Source: a virus
Lineage: Duplodnaviria > Caudoviricetes
Direction: 5' to 3' (one strand)
DNA length: 64,000 nt
IMG/VR virus record: IMGVR_UViG_2974782369_000001
Location: 32,001-96,000 of that record
This document shows positions 38,392-47,646 of the stretch, piece by piece. A program made the position numbers and the translations under genes. Numbering within the stretch: the stretch's first letter is position 1; each line of letters starts with the position of its first letter. The notes under the pieces are model-generated. The model was not told where the DNA came from. It made no database searches and worked only from the letters and a program-made list of their open reading frames with translations.

Positions 38392-38498
38392 CAGATGCCA
38401 GGAATAACTTGACCAGTGGTGAAGTATGCACCAAGAGCAGCAACGAAACCGATCATTGCAGCACGTCCATTCAGTTTTTCTGCTTTGTCATTAAACAT
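38388..38498 (-). CDS. hli: high-light-inducible protein
   Basis: AEKLNGRAAMIGF...TGQVIPGIW, 36 aa. Confidence 0.92.
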   Translation of the reverse strand: MFNDKAEKLNGRAAMIGFVAALGAYFTTGQVIPGIW

Positions 38499-38499
38499 T

Positions 38500-38586
38500 T
38501 TAGTAAGTCTCCGAAAGTTGTTGTACAGAATAACCAAGCAACACAAAGAAAGCGATGCTGGTTGCGGTAAAGATTACTTCAGTCAT
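38500..38586 (-). CDS. 28-aa membrane peptide
   Basis: MTEVIFTATSIAFFVLLGYSVQQLSETY, TGATG-coupled between the two hli genes. Confidence 0.55.
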   Translation of the reverse strand: MTEVIFTATSIAFFVLLGYSVQQLSETY

Positions 38587-38789
38587 CAGAAGATGCCAAA
38601 GAAAAACTTACCAGTGATAGCATAAGAAAGGAAACCCGAGACAATGCCCATCATAGCCCAGCGTCCATTATAACGCTCGATGTATTGCTGAGGGGAATCC
38701 AAACCTTTACGGTTGTATTCTTCAACAACCATTTGGGGCTCTTTGGCAAAGAGATTATTTTGTCCGAGCTCATTGGTTGTAACAGTCAT
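38586..38789 (-). CDS. hli: high-light-inducible protein
   Basis: ERYNGRWAMMG...TGKFFFGIF. Confidence 0.92.
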   Translation of the reverse strand: MTVTTNELGQNNLFAKEPQMVVEEYNRKGLDSPQQYIERYNGRWAMMGIVSGFLSYAITGKFFFGIF

Positions 38790-38814
38790 GGTCTTTGTAA
38801 CGATTTATGACATA

Positions 38815-38843
38815 ATTATATAGCAATTATAAAATTTTGTCAA
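38815..38843 (-). promoter_or_regulatory. sigma70-type promoter of the hli operon
   Basis: TTGACA-17-TATAAT. Confidence 0.85.
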
Positions 38844-38871
38844 GACCTTGAATGTTTTGGTTTCCTTATGA

Positions 38872-38953
38872 TACACATGAGAGGACTTGAACCTCCACAG
38901 ATTGCTCTACTGGAACCTAAACCCAGCGCGTCTACCAATTCCGCCACATGTGC
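38872..38953 (-). tRNA. tRNA-Leu(TAG)
   Basis: Cloverleaf with long variable arm, TAG anticodon. Confidence 0.95.
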
Positions 38954-38956
38954 GTG

Positions 38957-39240
38957 TGCTGGTTTTGACTGGACCAGAAACCAGGCGGGGTAACCCCATC
39001 CGCACCACCTGCTTTTGAGAGAAGCAGGAAACTCCGAGGGGTCGAAGACCCATCCCGACCAGGGTTGTTAACGTGTCTCCATCACGGGCATATTAGGGAT
39101 GACTCCACCAGTGTTTTTAACGTCTTTCCATGACGGGGCGGGGGCGCTAACCCCCCATGCACGCCACCAATTCTTTACAAGGAAAAATTGGAAACCTCGC
39201 GTCAACGAGTGTATAAACATCTCTCATGCGTTGAAAACCA
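38957..39240 (-). ncRNA. structured ncRNA array (manA/wcaG-like cyanophage RNA)
   Basis: GC-rich stretch with no long ORF, repeated hairpin/pseudoknot modules and UGGYG-like motifs, directly 5' of a tRNA. Confidence 0.7.
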
Positions 39241-39266
39241 TCTAGTTTAAAGTCTATTGGCAAAGA

Positions 39267-39545
39267 CTAGGAAAATGTAATAACATCTTGACCGAGATCA
39301 AGATCTACTGGACCAGCGGCGTAAACATTATAGTCGGGATCATACCCATTCACAATGTCTTCGTAACTTAGTTTGATACTATCTTCCTCAGTTACCTTTT
39401 CGGAAATTGCTTTCATTCCAAGGTAGTGTCTCCAAACTTCAGAGAGATCATTTTGATTAAAATTTGGATCATCTATTGCAGACTTAAGTGCTACTCGGAT
39501 AGCATCAACTGCTTTTTTGAAGTCTTTTTTAAGTGTCATTTGCAA
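39267..39545 (-). CDS. hypothetical protein
   Basis: 92 aa ORF. Confidence 0.6.
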   Translation of the reverse strand: MQMTLKKDFKKAVDAIRVALKSAIDDPNFNQNDLSEVWRHYLGMKAISEKVTEEDSIKLSYEDIVNGYDPDYNVYAAGPVDLDLGQDVITFS

Positions 39546-40168
39546 GATGGTTGTAGGTTTACTCTTCCAGTGTTTTGTCCAATTACACCTTCAACAAAAT
39601 AGTTGAATGCTAAACAATATCTATTTTCGTTAGATCTATTTACTTCGGTGTAATGGGTAAGGTGAGATGGAAAAATGAATAAATCATTTTTTGTTAGTGG
39701 AAATCCATAAGTTTTTGAATTCCACATATTCATCTCCTTTACCTCGGGAGATACTGTGGTGGTGCAGTAGGTAGGTATCTCTTGAGGATACCAGAAGATA
39801 AGTCCACCACCATTTTGAGGAGCATTCAGATAGTATACACCACTATAGCATGAATTGCTATGAGAATGTTTCTGTGAATACTCTCCAGGTTTATGAAGAT
39901 TAATCCAAGAAGATGCGTGAGTAAGTTTTCCTTGTGAGAATTGAAGGATATCATTATATTTTACATTGATAACTTTCTCTATTTCTACTCTAAGATCTTT
40001 AAAAATATCCTCTAAAAGAATATTTTGATTAACACTACCATGACCATTACCACTAGTGTATTGATAATAATCAAGTGACTCAAGATATTTTAAGTCAATG
40101 TTAGACGCAACAGTTGCTTTTACAACTGGTGTGGAAAAAAGTGGGATTACTTCTAGTTGCATAATCAA
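39536..40168 (-). CDS. putative 2OG-Fe(II) oxygenase (TIGR02466-like)
   Basis: LFSTPV, SWIN, HSHSN...SGVYY, IFPSHL.H, RYCLAFN. Confidence 0.85.
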   Translation of the reverse strand: MIMQLEVIPLFSTPVVKATVASNIDLKYLESLDYYQYTSGNGHGSVNQNILLEDIFKDLRVEIEKVINVKYNDILQFSQGKLTHASSWINLHKPGEYSQKHSHSNSCYSGVYYLNAPQNGGGLIFWYPQEIPTYCTTTVSPEVKEMNMWNSKTYGFPLTKNDLFIFPSHLTHYTEVNRSNENRYCLAFNYFVEGVIGQNTGRVNLQPSCK

Positions 40169-40407
40169 GTATATTTTCGATAAGCACCCACTTCAGGATC
40201 TGGGTCTAACCATTTGGTATATTCAAAGTCTTCCATAGCGGTATCAATTTGCATACCGTTGTCACAGAGATACATGTCTCTATAACGTTTGGTCCACTCA
40301 TGAAATTTTTGGATTCGATAGTCGGGATACCCGTTGTCGAGCATCCCAACAGAGACATATCGATAAGGAAACCGTTCTAGAAGAACATTCACATCATGCA
40401 TAATCAA
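40165..40407 (-). CDS. hypothetical protein
   Basis: ERFPYRYV...PDYRIQK, 80 aa. Confidence 0.7.
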   Translation of the reverse strand: MIMHDVNVLLERFPYRYVSVGMLDNGYPDYRIQKFHEWTKRYRDMYLCDNGMQIDTAMEDFEYTKWLDPDPEVGAYRKYT

Positions 40408-40606
40408 GTGTTAGGTCTGTTTCAAGTTTAGTTAGGAGGATATCATAATCCTCATCTACATCACCGTAGAAGTCAACACCTTTCTCCTCATAAAATTTCA
40501 AGACTTTATTATAAAGGTTAGGATACTCGATGTCAAGTGTAATCTGTCTGTTAACTGCATCCCAAAGAATGTCAATGGCAGACGAGAATTTCTGTGCTGT
40601 AGTCAT
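40394..40606 (-). CDS. hypothetical protein
   Basis: 70 aa, GAGG SD. Confidence 0.65.
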   Translation of the reverse strand: MTTAQKFSSAIDILWDAVNRQITLDIEYPNLYNKVLKFYEEKGVDFYGDVDEDYDILLTKLETDLTLDYA

Positions 40607-40650
40607 AGACTTTACCTCTATTGGACCTAGATGCCACACAATTGTGGCAA

Positions 40651-40857
<207 letters not shown>

Positions 40858-40883
40858 CGGGACTCCCCCTTGACTACCTCGTA

Positions 40884-40912
40884 ATTATAGCAGACCCTTC
40901 AGCAAGGGTCAA
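40884..40912 (-). promoter_or_regulatory. sigma70-type promoter
   Basis: TTGACC-17-TATAAT with extended TG. Confidence 0.8.
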
Positions 40913-41382
40913 GGGGTGTGGTCAGTTGGAAAATAGTCCTTACGCATGTATCGACCGAGGATGTTACTGTTGTAATACGCTGGTGTCCCATCTGACATCG
41001 CCTCCGTTAATACATTGTTGATAAAAAGTTGACGGGTCTCTTCAAAGTTTGTGAGTCCCTTACTTTTATGTAGGCTCAAAATGTCTCGTTTGAAGACCAG
41101 ATTCCCGAACCTTTTTCTGTCATCAGATAATTCAGCACTGCTGCCGTAGTATTTTTTCCAGTCACTTTCACTCTTAACTCTCCTGCCACCACCTCTAGGC
41201 TTTCGTAACTGGTGGAAGTATTTTCTACCGATGTATCTTTTCCCAGTGAGTGTATTTGTAATGCAATAGACAAAACCGAAATAGTCGTTAATGTCCTCAG
41301 ATAGAAAAGGGTGTCCGTTAAAAATCCAGGGGTTTTCATAGTCAATTTCTTTTTCATTCGTATTCTCCGTCGTCATCTTCAA
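40909..41382 (-). CDS. GIY-YIG endonuclease
   Basis: GFVYCITN...RYIGRK, YYGSS, YNSNI. Confidence 0.85.
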   Translation of the reverse strand: MKMTTENTNEKEIDYENPWIFNGHPFLSEDINDYFGFVYCITNTLTGKRYIGRKYFHQLRKPRGGGRRVKSESDWKKYYGSSAELSDDRKRFGNLVFKRDILSLHKSKGLTNFEETRQLFINNVLTEAMSDGTPAYYNSNILGRYMRKDYFPTDHTP

Positions 41383-41506
41383 CGCGAACCTTTCTCACAT
41401 TCTCTTTATCTAGGTAAGATTCAGGATCGCCATAAACTTCTGCTTTGATTTCACCCAAAAGAAATTCAAGATCTCTAATTAAAATTTTTAAATTGTTCTT
41501 ATTCAT
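41354..41506 (-). CDS. small hypothetical protein
   Basis: 50 aa MNKNNLKILIRDLE..EVYGDPESY. Confidence 0.55.
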   Translation of the reverse strand: MNKNNLKILIRDLEFLLGEIKAEVYGDPESYLDKENVRKVRVEDDDGEYE

Positions 41507-41538
41507 TCCCTATCAACCCTGGCAGTGTTATTCTAGTG

Positions 41539-41700
41539 TCAAAAACGATACTCGTCAAGTATCTCTAATACTCTATTGAGCTCATAATGGGCACCCCGAT
41601 GCCACTCTCCTGTTTTATCGGGGTGGTTAAAATTCAATTCATGCTTGAGTTTTAAGACTCTACACTTCAATTCATCTTTTGTTATTGGATTACGAGGCAT
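41539..41700 (-). CDS. small hypothetical protein
   Basis: 53 aa, TAATG-coupled to talC. Confidence 0.65.
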   Translation of the reverse strand: MPRNPITKDELKCRVLKLKHELNFNHPDKTGEWHRGAHYELNRVLEILDEYRF

Positions 41701-42356
41701 TACAGATTCTCCTGTAATGATTTCCAATCCTTATCAAACAACTCAAGTCCTTTGTCTGTCAGCGTGTGATCGTATAGTTTCTGGAAGATGTCATAAGGCA
41801 TAGTGCAAACGTCAGCACCCACTCTAAAGCAAGCGGGTACTTGACGAGCCTCCCTGATAGAAGCAGCAAGGACTTCAGTCTTAACGTTATGTGTTGCATA
41901 CAGATCCGCAATTTCTTCAATGAGTCCGATACCATCCCAATACTGGTCATAGAGACGACCAACAAAGGGAGACACATAGGATGCCCCTGCCTTCGACGCT
42001 AGGATCGCCTGACCCGCTGAGAAGACCAGAGTGACATTCACCTTCATCTCCTCGTCTGAGAGCGCCTTACATGCCTTCAGACCCTCTCTTGTGCATGGTA
42101 CTTTGATCGTAATGTTTGGACTGATCTCCATGTAGTCTTCTGCCATTGTCAGCATCTCACTAGCGGTCTCTCCGACCACCTCAGCAGATACTGATGCATT
42201 CCATGGAAATATATCTGAGATCTCTTTAATGACACTTACTGGATCTTTCCCTGCCTTTTTCATTAGACTGGGATTCGTTGTCACACCATCAATCAACCCT
42301 GTTGAATACGCTTGGGCGATGAGGTCTGGATCAGAGCAGTCTAGAAAGATTTTCAT
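41700..42356 (-). CDS. talC: transaldolase (TalC/FSA family)
   Basis: IFLD, GVTTNPSL, IKVP, NVTLVFS, YVSPFVGR, LAASIR. Confidence 0.95.
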   Translation of the reverse strand: MKIFLDCSDPDLIAQAYSTGLIDGVTTNPSLMKKAGKDPVSVIKEISDIFPWNASVSAEVVGETASEMLTMAEDYMEISPNITIKVPCTREGLKACKALSDEEMKVNVTLVFSAGQAILASKAGASYVSPFVGRLYDQYWDGIGLIEEIADLYATHNVKTEVLAASIREARQVPACFRVGADVCTMPYDIFQKLYDHTLTDKGLELFDKDWKSLQENL

Positions 42357-42392
42357 GACTCTCCTGCATAGGTTGTACGTATTTAGGATAAC

Positions 42393-42416
42393 AAAAAAGC
42401 ACCCTTACGGGTGCTT
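42393..42416 (-). terminator. rho-independent terminator
   Basis: AGCACCC-GTAA-GGGTGCT plus T tract. Confidence 0.75.
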
Positions 42417-42435
42417 CATGTGCATATCAAGACAA

Positions 42436-42600
42436 TTATTTTTTATTATAGATTGGATCTATATTTAATAATTCATCAAAATATTCGCGCAAGTGAATTT
42501 TGTAACAGGACCAGTATGTTACCCCTCTATATTTGAGTTGGTAACAACTGGGTGGTCTGTTACTAGCATCCATATCATCAAAGTGATATCGATAATCCAT
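42436..42600 (-). CDS. YRG-motif microprotein (DUF4278-like)
   Basis: 54 aa MDYRYHFDD...LKYRGVTY; start adjoins the upstream stop. Confidence 0.6.
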   Translation of the reverse strand: MDYRYHFDDMDASNRPPSCYQLKYRGVTYWSCYKIHLREYFDELLNIDPIYNKK

Positions 42601-42764
42601 CACTTATTATAGGTGTGACCGCGATAGCAGAATGTGCCATGAGTTTCTTCAACACCTTGCTTGCACTCATATACTACACCACGATAAGCGGTGTGAGAAA
42701 TTTGTGCATCGTGCAGTGCTGCTGCTTTCTGGATCTGCTTCTTGATCAGAGTAAGTGTGTTCAT
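42600..42764 (-). CDS. DUF4278-like microprotein
   Basis: 54 aa MNTLTLIKKQIQKAAALHDAQ..AYRGVVY...FCYRGHTY; AGGAG SD; follows the riboswitch. Confidence 0.8.
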   Translation of the reverse strand: MNTLTLIKKQIQKAAALHDAQISHTAYRGVVYECKQGVEETHGTFCYRGHTYNK

Positions 42765-42800
42765 TTGTTTTCTCCTGAAATACTAAGGTTAGTTAAAACC

Positions 42801-43068
42801 CGTTCCTTCAGTCGTTTGCGTCCTTGCTATCAAAACAATGGGGATCTGTATGATTAATCCAATGGATTAAGATATCAGATTTTTCAGCGGGAGTGAAAAG
42901 AGTTGTCTCTTGCAGTCCCTGCTTCAACCATTCATAGTCTTCACAGCGAAGATGATTCTCCACTGGGACATGACTAAAAAAGATGAGTGCTAATGATAAC
43001 ATAGGATGAACGCTCCGTTCCGCGACTTACTTGCGTCTCACCATCGGAAAGAGAGGGTGAGATGAACG
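42801..43068 (-). promoter_or_regulatory. tandem glutamine-riboswitch-like aptamers (glnA/Downstream-peptide class)
   Basis: Two copies of CGTTCAT-stem-CGCAA...GGAACG upstream of a DUF4278-like gene. Confidence 0.75.
42808..43002 (-). CDS. small protein nested within the riboswitch
   Basis: 64 aa, hydrophobic N-terminus, two Cys; GGAG SD upstream. Confidence 0.6.
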   Translation of the reverse strand: MLSLALIFFSHVPVENHLRCEDYEWLKQGLQETTLFTPAEKSDILIHWINHTDPHCFDSKDAND

Positions 43069-43074
43069 TAAATG

Positions 43075-43088
43075 GTAACTTTCGTTAC
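43075..43088. promoter_or_regulatory. NtcA-like binding site
   Basis: GTA-N8-TAC (GTAACTTTCGTTAC). Confidence 0.55.
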
Positions 43089-43221
43089 ACTTATATTTAT
43101 GAGAGACTACTATTCTGAAGTAGTTTCGAGTGATACATTTTGCATCGCCTTCTTTTTCTCATTTGCCCAGAGCATCTCGGCAAAGGGATTACCGAATTGC
43201 TCTGTCTTGTCTAGTATAGCA

Positions 43222-44385
43222 TCAAAGGCTGAATCCTGCAAACGTTCCTGCGGTGATGTCTTGTTTGATTCCTCCGACGACATAAGATTCGATCTCCGTT
43301 TCTTGTGGTGCATTCTGCTGACCCTTAGAGTTGAGCCAGTGCTCAGTCCAGGGCAGAGGATTATTCTTGGCAGGGATGTCGTAGATGGGTTTTAGACCAA
43401 TTGCTTTCATACGACGGTTAGCAATCCACTCAACATAGTTGTTGAGAAGACGATCATTAAGACCGATCATGCTACCATCACGGAAAAGATATTCTGCCCA
43501 ACACTTCTCTTCGTTGACAGTCCTCTTAAACATTTCAATCACATAGTCTTGCTCTTCGTTAGCAATCTGCTGCATTTCAGAATCATCACCTTCACGCCAC
43601 TTGTTAAGAATGTTTTGAGTGATAACAAGATGCTGATTTTCATCACGAGCAATCAGTGAGAGAATCTTTGCGCTACCTTCCATGAGTTTGTTTTCACCGA
43701 AAGCAAACGAGCAGGCGAAGGAAACATAGAAGCGAATACCCTCTAGAATATTCACATTAGCAACTGCACGATACAGTTTACGCTTCAACTCAATGCGCTC
43801 AAAGGTGCCAGCATAGTGACCTTCCTTTGCCAATTCCCACATAGTCCCACCATCATACTGATGAGCAGCTTCAATAAAACTGTCATAAGATTCGGTGACA
43901 GATGCAGCACGCTCTAGAATGTTTTCGTCGTCCAGGATGGTGTCAAACACTTCACTAGGATTGGGATAAACATTCTTGATGATGTGTGTATAAGAGCGAC
44001 TATGAATCATCTCCATAAACTCCCAGACAGTCATACATGCTTCTAACTCAGGGAGTGAGCAGTAAGGGATAAAAGCCATCCCAGGACCACGCCCTTGTAC
44101 AGAATCCAGCATGATCTGGTATTTAAGATTGCTGGTGAAGATGTGCTTCTGCTGCGGTGTAAGTTGTTGATAGTCACTTCGATCCTTTTGGAGGGAGACC
44201 TCCTCAGGTCTCCAGAAGTAACCAAGTTGTTGTTGAGTGAGCCTATCGAAGACAGGATACTTGTATGAATCATAGCGTTGGACGCTGAGGGGAGCACCAA
44301 AAAACATAGGTTGTTTCTTGGTGTCTACTTTCTTTTTGTTAAATACGGTCATTCCTTTTACTTCTTTAGACTTTACAGGACTCAC
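43222..44385 (-). CDS. nrdB: ribonucleotide reductase class Ia beta subunit
   Basis: FWRPEEV, EMIHSRSY, LEGIRFY, RDENQH. Confidence 0.97.
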   Translation of the reverse strand: MSPVKSKEVKGMTVFNKKKVDTKKQPMFFGAPLSVQRYDSYKYPVFDRLTQQQLGYFWRPEEVSLQKDRSDYQQLTPQQKHIFTSNLKYQIMLDSVQGRGPGMAFIPYCSLPELEACMTVWEFMEMIHSRSYTHIIKNVYPNPSEVFDTILDDENILERAASVTESYDSFIEAAHQYDGGTMWELAKEGHYAGTFERIELKRKLYRAVANVNILEGIRFYVSFACSFAFGENKLMEGSAKILSLIARDENQHLVITQNILNKWREGDDSEMQQIANEEQDYVIEMFKRTVNEEKCWAEYLFRDGSMIGLNDRLLNNYVEWIANRRMKAIGLKPIYDIPAKNNPLPWTEHWLNSKGQQNAPQETEIESYVVGGIKQDITAGTFAGFSL

Positions 44386-46663
44386 AATCTTCCTCCTCCA
44401 ATTGTAGTAGATCTTCGATTAGTTTGTCAACATCACTCGCCTCTTCAATCGGGGCGTCCTTTTTGTTATCATATGTATTTTGATAATAAGAAGTCTTCCA
44501 ACCATACTTGTATGTAGTCAACAAATCTTGTGCCATAATTGACACAGGAATTTCATTGTCTGCATAATTCTCGGGGTTGTATGACCAGTTGCCAGAGATT
44601 GCCTGATCAAAGAATTTCTGCATCACTGCAGTAACTCGAATGTAACCATCATTAGAAGGCATATCCCAAAGAAGGGTGTATGCATTCTTCAGCGTAGTAT
44701 ACTGCGGAACAATCTGCTTAAGGGGTCCCTTCTTACTCTTCTTAATGGACAGGTAGTCTCTAGGAGGCTCGATTCCGTTTGTGGCATTTGACACAACGGA
44801 ACTGCTCTCTGAAGGCATTTGTGCGGACAATGTGCTGTGTCGCAGTCCGTATTGCTGAATGCGCCCACGAAGAAACTCCCAATCACACTTGAGCTCATTT
44901 GCAACGATTTCATCAACCTCTTTCTTATATGTGTCGATAGGCAGAATGCCATCTGCATACTTAGTGCGATCAAAGTAACCACACTTACCTTTCTCCATTG
45001 CCATGGCACAGGATGCACCCAAAAGGGCAAACTGGAAACGCTCAGTCAGATCATGGACAAGTTGCCATGCTTTCGGTTGATCATAGCGAGCATCATTCTT
45101 TGCCAGGTAGTGTGCCAAACCAATGAAACCAATGCCTAGTGAGCGGCGATTCTTGGTGCTCTTCTCTGCTGCCTTGACAGGATACTGCTGATAATCGATA
45201 AGGGCATCCAGACCCCTTACAGCAAGGTCACACAACTCATCCAACTCATCCAGTTGCTTGATCTTGCCAACGTTGATAGCAGACAGGATACACAGAGCAA
45301 TCTCACCACTACCATCGATGTGCTGAATAGGATCTGTGGGCAGGGTGATTTCCTGGCACAGGTTAGACATATTCACCTTGTCTTTGAAAGACGAATGGGT
45401 ATTGCAGTGATCGATATTCATGATGTAAATACGACCAGTCTCTGCTCGCTCTTTCAGCAGGTCTAGGATCAATTCCTGGGCAGCGATTGTCTTACGGGGA
45501 ATAGATTCGTCTTTCTCGTATGTGGTATAGAGAGTGTCGAAAGCATCAGTGCCAAAAGCATCATATAGACCAGGCACGTCATGAGGCGAGAAGAGAGTGA
45601 TACTTTCATTTTTAATAAACCGCTCGTAAAACAGTTTACTGATCTGAATAGAATAGTCAAGCTTACGGACACGATTATCCTCAGTCCCTTTATTATTCTT
45701 AAGGACCAGAATATCTTCTATCTCTTGGTGCCAGATAGGAAAGTGGACAGTCGCTGACCCACCTCGGATGCCGTTTTGTGTGCAGCATCGGACAGTTGCT
45801 TCAAACTTTTTGAGGAAGGGGACCACACCTGTGTGTTGAACCTCTCCGCCTCTGATCTTACTGTTGATGCCACGGATTCTGCCTGCGTTGATACCGATTC
45901 CCGCCCTTTGTGCAACGTATTGGCCAATTGCCATATCAGAGCTAAAGATAGAATCGAGGGTGTCATCAACATCAACAAGAACACAGCTAGCAAATTGTCG
46001 AAGTGGAGTTCGCACTCCTGCCATGACAGGTGTGGGAATGTTGATTTTGTGCTTTGAGATTGCGTTGTAGTATTTTCGGACATAATCTACACGATAGAAG
46101 GGATCGTCATCCTGAAACAGCGTGGCTGCAATCATCATATACATGAATTGTGGAGTCTCATAGATCTCTCCACTGCTACGATCTTGCACTAGATACTTGT
46201 CAACTACTTGACGCATACCTGCATAGGTGAAAAGATAGTCACGCTCATGATCGATGAAACTATTTAACTTCTCCCACTCTTCAGCAGAATACTTTGTTGC
46301 AATTCCACTATCATACACACCGAGTTTGATGCACTTCTCTACATGCTCTTGAAGAGAAGGACGGACATCAGGATGCCCATTATATACCTGCTTCCTCAGT
46401 GCAAACAGAAGAAGACGAGCAGCAACAAATTGATAGTTGGGTGCTTCCAGAGAAATTAGATCATTTGCAGATCGAATAAGAATCTCCTGAATATCTTTCG
46501 TTTCAATCCCATCAAAGAATTGAAGACCTGCATTCATTTCAACTTGTGATTCAGACACACCAGCAAGACCCTTGCAAGCGTGCTCAACCATCACATGAAT
46601 CTTGTCTAGGTTTAGTTTTTCGGTTTCGCCATTTCGTTTGACAACTTTGATACCGTTGCTCAT
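44366..46663 (-). CDS. nrdA: ribonucleotide reductase class Ia alpha subunit
   Basis: ATP cone (VVKRNG), SNLCQEI, C-terminal CESC. Confidence 0.97.
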   Translation of the reverse strand: MSNGIKVVKRNGETEKLNLDKIHVMVEHACKGLAGVSESQVEMNAGLQFFDGIETKDIQEILIRSANDLISLEAPNYQFVAARLLLFALRKQVYNGHPDVRPSLQEHVEKCIKLGVYDSGIATKYSAEEWEKLNSFIDHERDYLFTYAGMRQVVDKYLVQDRSSGEIYETPQFMYMMIAATLFQDDDPFYRVDYVRKYYNAISKHKINIPTPVMAGVRTPLRQFASCVLVDVDDTLDSIFSSDMAIGQYVAQRAGIGINAGRIRGINSKIRGGEVQHTGVVPFLKKFEATVRCCTQNGIRGGSATVHFPIWHQEIEDILVLKNNKGTEDNRVRKLDYSIQISKLFYERFIKNESITLFSPHDVPGLYDAFGTDAFDTLYTTYEKDESIPRKTIAAQELILDLLKERAETGRIYIMNIDHCNTHSSFKDKVNMSNLCQEITLPTDPIQHIDGSGEIALCILSAINVGKIKQLDELDELCDLAVRGLDALIDYQQYPVKAAEKSTKNRRSLGIGFIGLAHYLAKNDARYDQPKAWQLVHDLTERFQFALLGASCAMAMEKGKCGYFDRTKYADGILPIDTYKKEVDEIVANELKCDWEFLRGRIQQYGLRHSTLSAQMPSESSSVVSNATNGIEPPRDYLSIKKSKKGPLKQIVPQYTTLKNAYTLLWDMPSNDGYIRVTAVMQKFFDQAISGNWSYNPENYADNEIPVSIMAQDLLTTYKYGWKTSYYQNTYDNKKDAPIEEASDVDKLIEDLLQLEEEDCESCKV

Positions 46664-47646
46664 ACTCTCTTCCATTCGGTAAATTTTACTTTTGCTTCTA
46701 ATCCTTGGTAGGTGCTTGATTCTACCAGAAGTCTTACATCATGTCCAGCAAGGACCATATCATTTAAATCCTTTTCAATAAGGTTTATAGGCCAGATAAC
46801 TACCTTATCACCCCTGTCGATTGCGTTCGATATTCGATCACATATCTGTTTGTTACGAGGTTCGTTATCAAAAATATAGACGTGATTCCAATTAAAACTG
46901 GAGATATCAACATCAGCGCCACACATCGCAACTCCGTTGTGGACAAATAGCGAATCGAAGGGACCTTCGACAATGTAGACAGTGGATTCGGGTTTGATTC
47001 GATTGAGTCCATATACTTTAGGTCGATCCTCATCTAGCATGACAGTGATGTATCGCAGGGTATCATTTGGTGTTAATGACCTGCCTTGAAATCCAAACCA
47101 CTTTCCATCTGTGTCAATGAAAGGAATAATAATTCTGGGGTGATCCTTCTTGACATTCTTGAAAGTTGGTTTCTGTTTATTTACCCACTCGCAAAACTTC
47201 TCTGCATAGTAGAATTCCGAAAAATATTCTTCTGGAATACCACGACCAAGGAGATATCCTTTCGCTGGGTGAGAGTTATTTAGCTCGGAAACCTTAGGTA
47301 AATCTGTTTGGCTTTTTACAAATTCTGGTTTGTCAAATTCAAACTTTGGTGCAGCAACGTTTCTCCCCTTACCAGTGAGTCCTGCCTTGTATCTCTCCAT
47401 GACATACTCATCATGAAGGTCGTTAGCATTGTCCTTCAGGAAGTTTGCAAACGATCTCCCTACGCCACAGTTATGGCACTTGAAGACCAGTCCACTCTTC
47501 TTTGCGAAGAAGTATCCACGAGTCTTGTTTTTATACTTCTCCGAGTCCCCACAGTAGGGACAACGAAAAGTGTACACTCCATTCCTTACCTGTTTAAACT
47601 TCTCAAGACGAGAAGAAACTAGGTTGGCATAAATGACATCAATCAA
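46660..47646 (-). CDS. gp61: DNA primase gp61
   Basis: CPYCGD, CHNCG, VEGPFD, DNEPRN, KDLND. Confidence 0.95.
   Translation of the reverse strand: MIDVIYANLVSSRLEKFKQVRNGVYTFRCPYCGDSEKYKNKTRGYFFAKKSGLVFKCHNCGVGRSFANFLKDNANDLHDEYVMERYKAGLTGKGRNVAAPKFEFDKPEFVKSQTDLPKVSELNNSHPAKGYLLGRGIPEEYFSEFYYAEKFCEWVNKQKPTFKNVKKDHPRIIIPFIDTDGKWFGFQGRSLTPNDTLRYITVMLDEDRPKVYGLNRIKPESTVYIVEGPFDSLFVHNGVAMCGADVDISSFNWNHVYIFDNEPRNKQICDRISNAIDRGDKVVIWPINLIEKDLNDMVLAGHDVRLLVESSTYQGLEAKVKFTEWKRV

Noticed and set aside
39058-39137. Two 31-nt repeats as a mini CRISPR array
   Set aside because: Only two imperfect copies with an 18-nt spacer and no cas genes; covariation points to structured RNA
43110-43313. 67-aa ORF overlapping the nrdB end
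   Set aside because: Nearly half overlaps nrdB out of frame; a shorter version starting near 43283 may be real but is unsupported
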